Source of the DNA: Proteromonas lacertae
Lineage: Eukaryota
Direction: 5' to 3'
DNA: 20,761 bases
Assembly (NCBI GenBank): GCA_002245135.1
Contig: NGBS01000004.1
Coordinates: 310,001 to 330,761 of the forward strand
Below the pieces are notes generated by a model. It saw only the letters and a program-made list of their open reading frames with translations. It did no database searches and was not told the DNA's origin. A program made the translations under genes and the position numbers. Positions 10,285 to 20,761 of the stretch are shown here, piece by piece; the first letter of the stretch is position 1; the number at the start of each line of letters is the position of its first letter.

Positions 10285-11042
10285 TTTCTTTTCGTTTTTT
10301 AATTGTCTTTAAGTTTGAATAAAAAGCCAATACTCTACACATCTATTAATTACATGTTGAAGTTTGTATTTAGCTATAAATTAAAAATATCAAATTTTAA
10401 TACTTTTTAGATAGACTTTTAATAGAAATTCCAACTCGACAGAACCAACAATATTTCTAAATTAAGTAATATTTCATAACTAAATTCGCTTGCTATTAGT
10501 AAACTATCAAACACTGGGCAATCACTTTGTACCGAAGACTTATTAGAATTCTCGAATTATTCTTAAAGATAATATATAAATTGTAAATCTATGTGAGTAA
10601 AGCTAAGAAAATATCTCCTTGTATATAAATGACATTTCAAATTTAGAGGATCTATTCTAATTAGTTGTTATATAGTTATATCTAATGTTTAATTGTATAA
10701 TTATAAAATTTATATTGCGTTATATGCACTTTCAAAGTAATATAGTAGAAAAAGTGATTAGCAACCTATATTACATATAACTTCAGATTGAATATTTATT
10801 TATTTGATTCATGATAGAGAAATTAATACATATTCATTAGTATATGAAGAGAAAAATGAGAAAATAAAAAAAGTAAAAGAAGTAAAAATACATGTAATTG
10901 TCATCTTTTAATGTAATTTTATTATTTGTGTAAAATATTATCATTTTGATTGTAATTAGTTATTTTAACTATTTTTGTATATAAACATGCATATATTTGC
11001 TAATTGTATAGAATAATATTCATAGTATCATGTGTATATACA

Positions 11043-11254
11043 TTTAATGAAAAAGTAAATGATTTATACATTGATGATTAAGAAACAATTATAAAGAAGA
11101 AATGTGTGATGAAAATGATGAAATAATTACATTGTTAATATACGAAAGTGATATAAAGAAGTTCAAAGATGATAATTTAGGAATAAATAGATTAGATAAT
11201 GTTGAGGAATAAGAAGAGGTATTAGAAAAAGACAAGAAGAGAAGAAGACAGTAA
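11043..11254 (+). pseudogene. Relic acidic/basic coding fragment
   Basis: Reads ...NNYKEEMCDENDEIITLLIYESDIKKFKDDNLGINRLDNVEE*EEVLEKDKKRRRQ* with an internal TAA (11210-11212) and a frameshift at ~11078. Confidence 0.35.
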
Positions 11255-11316
11255 AGAGAAGTATTTTAATTGATTGAATTATGCGATGTTGTTATAAGCC
11301 ATTAGGAGATTTATGC

Positions 11317-11790
11317 CGTTGGGAGATAAATGGGTTTTATAGAAAATAATATGACAGTAGAGGGCTAGGTAGTGAGTTATATTCAAATATAATCTTATTT
11401 TGGTATATAAGCTACATTTGCGATATATTTTATTTAAAGCTTCTGGAGACAAAAATTCATCACCTGAGATGAATAAGATGTGAAAAAAAAGATGTTAAGG
11501 TAATTAAAAAAGGAAAAATAAAAATTGAGTTCAAACCTCTTTCAAGCCTATAATTTCAAATTCAATATTAAGTATAAAGAAATTAAAGTTATCTAATTCT
11601 AATCATTTTTAGCCTTAATTTCGTTTTCTACTATTGCTACAGATGTTTAATATTAAGTATAAACAAGCAGTGATACATATATAACTGAGTAACCAGAACA
11701 ATAAAATATAAGTGTATTTTTGTAATATTTATGGGATTTAGATTACGTTTATAACTTCAACGCAATCTAAAATCCATTTATCTCCCAACG
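11317..11790. repeat. 23-bp inverted repeat pair (22/23) bounding 474 bp: MITE-like element or subterminal repeats of the transposon
   Basis: CGTTGGGAGATAAATGGGTTTTA (11317-11339) versus TAAAATCCATTTATCTCCCAACG (11768-11790). No clear target-site duplication. Confidence 0.7.
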
Positions 11791-11826
11791 TTATACAACA
11801 AATGTATTTGATTTCATCATATATTT

Positions 11827-11834
11827 AACAAACA
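11827..11834 (-). terminator. TGTTTGTT motif downstream of the transposase stop (Blastocystis-type polyadenylation signal candidate)
   Basis: AACAAACA on the + strand, 36 nt past the TAG at 11871. Confidence 0.4.
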
Positions 11835-11870
11835 AATATTATTAAACATTTAGAATATTAATTGATTAAA

Positions 11871-14699
11871 CTACAAATCTTTATAGAATGTTATTTCACT
11901 AATAAAGATATAATATTCTACATCACTGAATTTGAATATATTATTAAATATAATAATATCATTTATATCAACAATTTTATCCAATGTAGTAATGCTTATA
12001 TATTTGTATATTGTTAATGTAATTTTTGTAACATTTATTTCATTATAATGGATTTGCGAATTATTTATTGACTTTATAATACCAAAATGAATATTTTCTC
12101 CACTATGGAAGGATATAATTGAATAATAATGAATAGATGGAAATGTTTTAAAAAGGTCAGATATTGATCTAGAATCATTAATAACTAGATTATATTTTCT
12201 ATTGATCTTCATTTTTTCATTATAATTATAAACATATATTTGGTTAATTGATGATATTGTATTTAAGATTGATGTTTTTTGATGATTATTACTTATAGAG
12301 ATGTTTTTTATTTGTTTATAACTTCTTTCATAAACACTTGTACTCTGGTGAATAAGCGGGCCTATATTAGACAAATATTTAATTAAGTGAACCAAATCAT
12401 GACAGGATGGAGTGAAGAATATATATAATTCCATAATATTTAAATTAGTTACTAAAATGTCTTCCATCTTATTTAAAGTGATATTACTGAATTGATAGTT
12501 TAATGCATTATTTACTATATCTATGATGTTGAATAATCCATCATAAATCATTATTTCACTCTCTTTTCTTAATTTTATTATCATTAGAGGTAGGATATAT
12601 AAAAAGAAGTGGTTTTGTTCTATCATGTTATACTTTGTAAATTTATTTAGCTGAAGATTGTAAAATGATGAAGATTGAGTATAAACCATTTTAAATTGAT
12701 TATTGTTGTATAAATTAATTATATTGTCTTTCATTTGATCATAAAACCTATTAAAACAGTTGTTTATTGTATGCATCGCATCAAAAGTTATTAAGTTAAT
12801 GTCATAGTAAATTAATGATCGAAAACTGCTTTGTATATCTTCTTTGTGTTGCTTTTTATTGAAAGTTCTTAAAAATCTACTATATGAATAGTTATTAAAT
12901 ATATGGAATAGTCTTTTTTCTTTATATTGATAAAATTGAGGATATAAATTCTGATACTTCTTCTTATAAGCTCTCATTGAGTCTTTTATTTTTAATTTTT
13001 CTTCAACTACAACATTATTGATTATTTTATTAATAGTAATGATTTTGGTAGTTGCTGTGCAAGTTCTACAGAAACTATTACTACCTACGAAATTATGTAA
13101 TTTCATTAGTTTTATTATTCCAATCATATCACCTACTATACTTACCAAATATATATTATATTTGACACCTTCTACCTCTATACCTTTAATAAATATATTG
13201 TTTAATTCATCAACTACTAATTTTGTAATATCATTTATATTATCATCATTATCACTTATATTTATTACTTGAAGTAATTTACTGTCATTATAATTATTTA
13301 ATACTTTGTATGATAAAACATTTACACTTTTTTTAATAAAGCTAAAGTGATTTATTTCAACACCATCACTACTGATCTGTAACAAAATATGTCTGAAATT
13401 TTCTCTATTTACATCTAAATTATAAATGTTTTTGTAATTGTTACTACTATAAATGCTCTTATATTTGCTTTTATTATTATTAATTGAATCATCAAATTTA
13501 ATTATTTTCTTCTTCAACATTTTTCTAATCCCACTTTCAATTGTAATATAATTATTTTTGTCTGGTTTTTTTAATCCTACTACCTTTTCAACATAATCTC
13601 GTAAAGGCTTGAATGTTTCTTTTAAATGTAAATTCTTTATTGTTTCTATTGAGTTTAATTGTTTCAATAACTTATTTACTTTATCTTGAGATATAGAATT
13701 CTTCAGAAAGAAATAGTATAAGTATACCGATAATTTTTCTTTATCACTATCGCCATTTCTACCTTCATATTCACTATCTCTATCATCATATAATACTGAA
13801 TCATCTAATATTTCATCGTTATCATCATCATCATCACGAAAACCAACATATCCATCATCATTACCATCTCTTCCATTTTCATCTACAGCTATTTCCTCTT
13901 CATCAGTCATTATTTCTAATTCAATTTCATCTCCATCATTACTATCTTCATCATATACATTATTATTTCTATTAGAAATGTCATTCTTTGTTATATTATT
14001 AAGAATATTATAATCTTCATCATTAGTATTATCATCATTGTCAGAACTATCTGTTTCATCTTCATAACCATCTGCTGCAATATCATCATATTCGTTACTT
14101 ATATTATTATTATCAACATCTATTCTTTTATTATTGTGTGTATCTTCTCTATTAATTACTTTTTCTCTTCTTTTTCTTTTTCCTCTATTCATTACACTAT
14201 CAATATTTATTTCATCTAGTGAAATATAATGAACTTTATCTTCTACAGAGTATTGAATAATGTACTTACCTTTTCTATATTCTTCATTAATTGTTTCTTT
14301 AATTTTCAAAAAATCTAATACAGCTGATTTATTGTTTCTACTTGATCTTGTAACATATCCTTTACTTTGTATTGTATAATTATATGACAATATTCTATCA
14401 ATTATTACATTTGTTAAATAATAAGGAAAATCAATTCTAATTGATTTACCAACCAAATATTCCATATCTTCCACTGATTTTTTACTAGTATAATTTCTTT
14501 TGAATAAAAATGGATTGATAGAATCTAATACACAATAATTATTATTTATATAATCTATATCATTAATACTACTTACCATTTTTTTATTATAATTGATTGT
14601 TTTTCCCTTTATTACATTAAAACTTTTATAGAATTGAGGATAATATAATTTCTCTATTATAACCTCTTCATTTGCTTTCTTTATAATTTCTCTATCCAA
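11871..14699 (-). mobile_element. Intronless DDE transposase of the CMC superfamily (CACTA/EnSpm-Mirage-Chapaev-like); element ends not defined
   Basis: 942-codon open frame. SSDG (D445), VGDM (D524), CRTC, DAMH, HDLVH, GPL..STSVYER (E791) fit the D, D, C(2)C, [M/L]H, H(3)H, E signature. Preceded by an acidic linker and an N-terminal region. Confidence 0.85.
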
Positions 14700-15332
14700 C
14701 TCTCCTATTACATCAAATACATATTTTACACACTTTCCAAAATCTCTGTATTTATTATTAATTCTTTTATAACAATCAATTTAACTTATAAAACAATGGT
14801 ATATTTCTTTCTACATTTGTAGTAATACTTTACTGAAAATATATAAAAGCAAGAAATAGAAAGTTATCAATAACTTTATCCATTATTACATCTTTTTCAT
14901 TATTATAGAAAAGAAAATCTTCATTTTTATTATCTAAATTTTGTCTTAAGTAATATTGAGCCACTTTTGTAGATATGAATTGATTTTTATAAATTATAAT
15001 AACATTAAATCTTAACAATGTAATGATGATGGATGGTTTTGTCTGTTTGAAAATATATATTTACTTTCTTATTATTGTATATATTAATTAATTCATCAAT
15101 ATTTGTGAATTCTTCATAAAAAACTACTTCATAATATTTTTGAGTATTTTCATTGAAATTATAAATAGTATCATCAACTACCAACACGTTGTAAGAATTA
15201 CTATAATAAACATCATCATGTATTATATTAGGGTATAATTGACTAGAATGTCTAAAAATTTCATATTTATATATAAATATTAATTCTCTTTTATTCTTTT
15301 TTATTCTTTTTTATTCTTTTTTATTTTTTCAT
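14700..15332 (-). pseudogene. Disrupted 5' extension of the transposase ORF (or upstream accessory ORF)
   Basis: The transposase frame stays open ~27 codons upstream of 14699. It links to ORFs 14830-15018 and 15005-15187 through a frameshift at ~14780, an in-frame TAA at 14830 and a frameshift at ~15010. Confidence 0.55.
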
Positions 15333-15400
15333 TATAAAGTAATATAATATATATCTATATAATAATAATAATAATAGTAATAGTAATAGCAATAGTAATA
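15291..15400. repeat. (TTATTCTTTT)3 tandem repeat, then (AAT)n/(AATAGT)n simple repeats
   Basis: Visible at 15291-15320 and ~15358-15400. Confidence 0.8.
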
Positions 15401-16194
15401 AGCCAAAGGGGGAAATAACCGTTATATTGCTACAGAGTATTCTTAAGTCATCCTGACAAATAGTCAGTGGCTTAGGTATCTATTATTACATTTATAATGG
15501 ATGATGAGTATTAGTCACCATTATCTGTTTCTATTATAAAAACCATACATCAAATGTATAGGAAGCTTTTATTTTACCTGTATATCAGTTTTATAATAAC
15601 ACTAATTCAAATAATCATTAGCTAATGATACTTTTGCATATAACATATTCGGTGTTATCTTAGTTGTTGTAATATCCAACCTAAATAAGAAACAAATCCA
15701 ATTCGAACATTTACTACTGAATTAATAGTATAAACATGTGGAAGATTGTAATATTCTCTTAGGTTTATCATATTCTCTCTTCTCTTCACTTCCTATATTC
15801 ACAATTTGCATAACAAGTCGAAAAATTACTCACTATACTCATTCTACTCACATGATAGTAATTTGTTGTAACATTAGTATAAATACAATCACATATAAAA
15901 TAATTCCTTGAATCTATTGAAATTTGATTTTTAGACAATAACTTATATAGCCAATAGATTAATTTGCATATTTACTTTCTCTTAACCGCCTTTCACTTCA
16001 CATTTTTACTTGGATATTTATTTTAAGCATCTTTGTGAATCAAACATCAAATTGACATGTACACTATATATTATTATCTATTCACTATAATAAAATAATC
16101 TAAACTTATACATTCATTTAATTTCTCAAAACTTAAAAACTGAAACGAATATAATTTTTGAAATACACTTTAATTCTTTTTCTTCTGTTGTGTT

Positions 16195-17739
16195 ATGAGT
16201 ATTATAGTATATAATTTTATATAGAATATAACAATGGCAGCACAAGTGTTGTTATTACAGATAAGAAATATACAAAACAATACAAAGAGCAGGAATTGAT
16301 TATAATTGTTGAAGGAAGTATAATATTATCATATATGTTAATTAGATAATAGTTCTAATAATTAAAAATCAAAGATATTATAACTAAGGGAAGAATTAAG
16401 AAGCATTTGAAGAAAAAAATACAACTATCATCTTTGATTTAGTCTGTCTTACTAAAGCTCATACTACATATACAAACTTTTACCTTGTTAATACATTTGG
16501 CACTTTTGATGTACAACATATTATTCGAGTTAAAGTAGTAGGAAATTCAACTATTTCTGTTAATTTAGCATATTGGTATTATAGCAATTATCATATATTT
16601 TATTATCTAAATTAGGTGTCAGACTAGGATAATTAGAATATAACCAAGTTTACCATCAACGATTAATCCAACAAATACACAATAAGTATAATTGTTATTA
16701 TAATATAAAATAGTAAAGTCTGATGATGAAGAAGCTAAGATGAATTAGTATATTTTTTATAATTATTTTGTTAGGATGAATTATTAGGTATGTTTATTCA
16801 ACAATTGGTGTGATTTCAGGTGTTGCCAAAACAGTAACTGTAGAAAAGACATAATATCGTAAGTTCAACAATTCATTCGATAGAACACGAAAATTAAGTA
16901 TGATGATACGAATATTCTGATTTTATTTTATTTATTCATAGTAATTAAAAAACTTGGAAGCTTCTAAACCATCTCCAATTCAAGAGTATTTAGCTGATGT
17001 TATTCTTGGATTAATTGATTAGAAACAGTTCAATCATTGTATTTATTGAATCAAGTAATGATAATCCTATATTTAAGAAGTATTTGATCTATTATTTACT
17101 CTATTAGTTTTACTCCATTATATGAAAATAACATTTGGATTTGTATATAGTGGTATTATTGAGTTAGTATATCCAGTATTATTTTTATTATTTTATAATA
17201 GGTAAATGAATATATTCTTATAAGTATATTAGTATATTATTCTATTTATATATTGTTAGTAGAGTATTGAATATAATTTCAATAATTCAAAGTATATTCT
17301 TATTTATATATTATCATTAGATGAATTGCATTAGAATTCCAGGTGAAGAACAGTAGAAACATCCAGTTTATATATTATATTTTATAATTAGAAAAAGTAT
17401 AACTATTTTAGTATATTATATTTTATTATAGCTGTTTAGCATTGTACTAATCGATGAAAGGCAGAGAATATCAGCAACTTGCATGTTAACTATACTGGTA
17501 TGTTTTAATTTGTTATTATGTTATAGATATTATAGATGATTATATAAGTATTATAGTTATTTTTATATTTTAATAGTTTTTATTAGAATAGCAACAGAAT
17601 TCCAGGGGAGAAGAATATTGATTCAGTAATTTATCTATAATATATGTTATACAGTGTATTTATGGGTTTTAGCTATTCAGATTAACATAATAATACAGCA
17701 TATAGTGCTGATATGAAAAATATTTTGATATCTTCTTAA
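16195..17739 (+). pseudogene. Decayed intron-rich gene of unknown family
   Basis: A run of short GTAT...TAG AT-rich intron-like segments separates protein-like exons (EAFEEKNTTIIFDLVCLTKAHT..., EASKPSPIQEYLADVILGLID). In-frame TAA/TAG and phase conflicts prevented a clean model. Confidence 0.5.
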
Positions 17740-18289
17740 TTAGAAGCAATTAGTCAAAAATAGCAATATGGCTCTATTTAACTACACACACATACATCAA
17801 AAATCACATAATCATGATTACATTCAATTACCTAGTCAAAATTAATATCGTCCTTTCTGGAATACTCCTATACTATACATATCGTATATAGGTAGTGATT
17901 ACGTATAAAATTTATTAACATATTTCAGTCCCTATTAGCCAAATACGTGGTATTTAAAATCAGTACAGTTCGAGATGTATTATAGTTTTTAAAGCTAATA
18001 AATGATATAAATCAAATAAAAATATATCAATGTTATTATTTATGTTTTGTTGTTATTCAATTATAATGTAACATATCAAAAACAGACGAATGACATGAAA
18101 GAGGTAATTATGAAACTAAGTATACTATGATAAAGCTCAAAGCATGATACATCGTTGACAAATTTTTACTATTTTATTCCTTATAGTTATTGAGAAAATA
18201 TTTTAAAGTCACAAAAGCACTTAGAAATTCTTATCGTGTAGTTTGATAACATTGGCGCGAAATTCATTTAATTGAAGTTGTGAGTGAGA

Positions 18290-20761
18290 ATGAATGAATT
18301 TCTAATGAAGATCTACAACTAGTTGATAGACTAGGTGTTAATGAAGATCGAACAGTTGATGGTGTTAAGGTAAAAGAATTTGTTGTTTGGTGAGGAATGG
18401 AAGTATTGTACAAGAGATTTATCTAGGTATTCACAGTATATATAATTGAAATAGATATTTAAGAAGAGATAAACCTGAGAATTTAAGTTATTCTCGAAAA
18501 TTAGGGTTTATGAGAGTAGTAGAAACTAAATTAATCCCATTGTCAATGAGGTATATAATATATATTATAAAATGTTGATAGTAACGAAGGTGATTTAGAA
18601 ATTCAGAGTCAAGTAGCTAAATATATTATCTAACATTACCACAGAAATAGAATTAGAGGCACAATATAAAACAGAAGTGATAATATATCAGAGAAAGTAC
18701 TTGTCATTTATCATTGAGAAGGTATTTATATCTATCTATATATGCTATTTATAGAAATACATATCGATAATGATGATGATTATGGGTAATGGATTAACTC
18801 CAAATGAAAAGGGTGAATATGATTATGAAGATATTAAAACTATCGATCTTATACTTCATATATTTAGAAATTTATTACTTATTCCAAATGATCCAGATCC
18901 AAGTTCACTTCATCACTCTGTATATAGATATATATTAGTGTATGTTTATAGATTCATGAGAAATTAATAATAGAATTAAAGAAGGAATATGTAATAGATA
19001 CAATCTGTTTAATTTGTGAAACTTTAGATATTTATAAACAGCCTACTTGGAATATATATTATTGGAAATCTTCACATTTTTGTTGAATAATTATGACACA
19101 AAATTGATAAGTATTTTTAATAACTTACAGAAGAAAGAAGAATTATCTGAAAAGAAAAGAATTCAAGAAGAAATGATGTTAAAAGAATTGAAGAAGTTCG
19201 ACAAGATGAGAGATTGAGCAATGAAATGAAAGAAGTAAAGATCAGACTAATTAGAAATGAGAAGAAAAATAACAATAAGCAAGTATATATTTATGTATTA
19301 AATAATATAGAGTAATAAAGAACCAAGTCCATTATTGGCTTTATTGGCTAAAGAGAAACAACAACAGTCTTTAATTATGAATAATTTATCTTCAAGACAT
19401 AGCAGATTTGGTGGTTTATTACAGAAGAAAACTGATATGGGAAATCAATTGTTGAGTTTACAATCAGTTGTTAATAGAAATGGAATAATAGTATATATAA
19501 TTTATAGTTTTGATTTATTCATTCTTATTAGAATCAAAGCCAGTAACATCAGTAAAGTATACAGCAAAAGTTGATGATGATAAAATGTATTTATCAAATG
19601 ATTATTGTGAATGTGTTATTGAGATAACTGAACAGTTTTTGAATGATGCATTCTTTTCATTAATAACTCGTGTTGTGAATGATTTAAGGATAATAATATG
19701 TATTAATTGTTATAATAATTTGTAATATGTATAGTGATTTAATTGGAGATAATGATCATAATAGATATATAATGTTATTGGATTATTAACTGAGTTTTAT
19801 CATTGTTTGATATTACAGAAACAAGGTTATGAACATAGACAAAAAGAGAATAATAACGATATAATCAATGAAAAGTGTAAGATACAATATACTCCAACAA
19901 TCTTTGAAGAATTATTAAAAAAACCTATTGATTTTGATCGAGTGAAACATTTATTCAGTAAACAGATTATATTATACCTCCAAAAGAGATTATTGTCATA
20001 TTTAAATGATAAACAAAGACCAGTTGATGATATAGAAACAGTAATGAAGTTCTTCTATCATTACATTAGATTGTTAGTAGTATAAACAATGGAGAATATG
20101 GAAAATTAACAACAAAGACAAACGGATTATTAAGATACATTTATTCACAAAATAGTGTGGAAAGTTCCAGAATTATTAAGAACTTCAACAATACAAACTC
20201 ATCAGAAGATTTTATAAGCAATTTGATACTAATAAGTGACTTGTTATTAGATAAAGGAGAGAAGTATTATAATGAAGGAAATATAACAATTCAACATGTA
20301 TCAATGAAGAAGAAGAAAGATGGAACAAAACAAAGAGTTATTCATGAAATTTTTTGATTACACTCAATTTGTGGAATTATATATTCACTATAAAGTGTTA
20401 ATAAAGTATATATATATATAATATCATTATTGTTTTTATTTATATTAATAATATAGTTATCGTGATTTGTTGATGAAATATTCTACCAATTTATATGTGT
20501 TGAATATATGCATATCAAAATTCATTTATAGAATATCAACTTACAAAATATTTGAACAAACAATGGATACTGTGTTTTTCCATATCTCCTACTTAACATT
20601 ATTCAACTCAATCATTCAAGATAGATTATTCAATGATAATAAACAGAACAAATATATAATTGATGTTGTTAGGAATGTTGTTCATTCATTTTTCAAGTTT
20701 TCCAAAGATCATTATCCAATATATGCTGATTTGCTATTCTGGAAGAAATCTATTGTATTTT
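18290..20761 (+). CDS. TIMELESS: Timeless/Tof1/Swi1 replication fork protection protein, 3' partial, with ~8 apparent 1-nt indels
   Basis: RDLSRYLRRD, LGFMRVVETKLIPL, LHIFRNLLLIP, LLEIF, SSRHSRFGG and DLLFWK, with multiple short GT-AG introns. Confidence 0.85.

Noticed and set aside
3451..13272. ORFs 3451-3645, 4167-4382, 5665-5856, 6238-6483, 9879-10145 and 13018-13272
   Set aside because: They are antisense or off-frame shadows of better-supported genes.
10513..15469. CACTG...CAGTG as CACTA-type termini
   Set aside because: Only 5 bp are complementary and there is no target-site duplication.
15501..15530. C/D snoRNA from ATGATGA, or a hammerhead ribozyme or U11 snRNA nearby
   Set aside because: No suitably placed CTGA D box, no CTGANGA/GAAA core and no Sm site.
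16195..17739. TAA/TAG reassigned to Gln (ciliate-type code)
   Set aside because: Intact genes in the window end in TAA/TAG and contain no internal ones.
1..20761. CRISPR array, tRNA or rRNA genes, prokaryotic operon
   Set aside because: No repeat-spacer periodicity or recognisable RNA gene, and the DNA is clearly intron-containing eukaryotic sequence.

Overview
Very AT-rich, compact eukaryotic (protist) genomic DNA with the standard genetic code and tiny spliceosomal introns (mostly 24-47 nt). This pattern suggests a Blastocystis-like stramenopile, which is inference only. Splicing the introns by hand joins many ORF-track fragments into complete genes. From left to right: a frameshifted partial ORF; two small tandem paralogues sharing a downstream stem-loop; DPH7; a small SAM methyltransferase; a single 916-aa ankyrin/WW-like/coiled-coil/kinesin-14 fusion gene; an A20/AN1 zinc-finger gene; a FAM192A/Fyv6-like gene that needs a U12-type AT-AG intron; and a Ulp/SENP protease with a probable GC-AG intron and Asn at the expected catalytic Asp. 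About 6 kb of accessory DNA follows, holding an intronless CMC-superfamily (CACTA/Mirage/Chapaev-like) DDE transposase with inverted repeats and hairpins nearby. The window ends with a decayed intron-rich gene and a Timeless/Tof1 gene carrying about 8 single-base indels.
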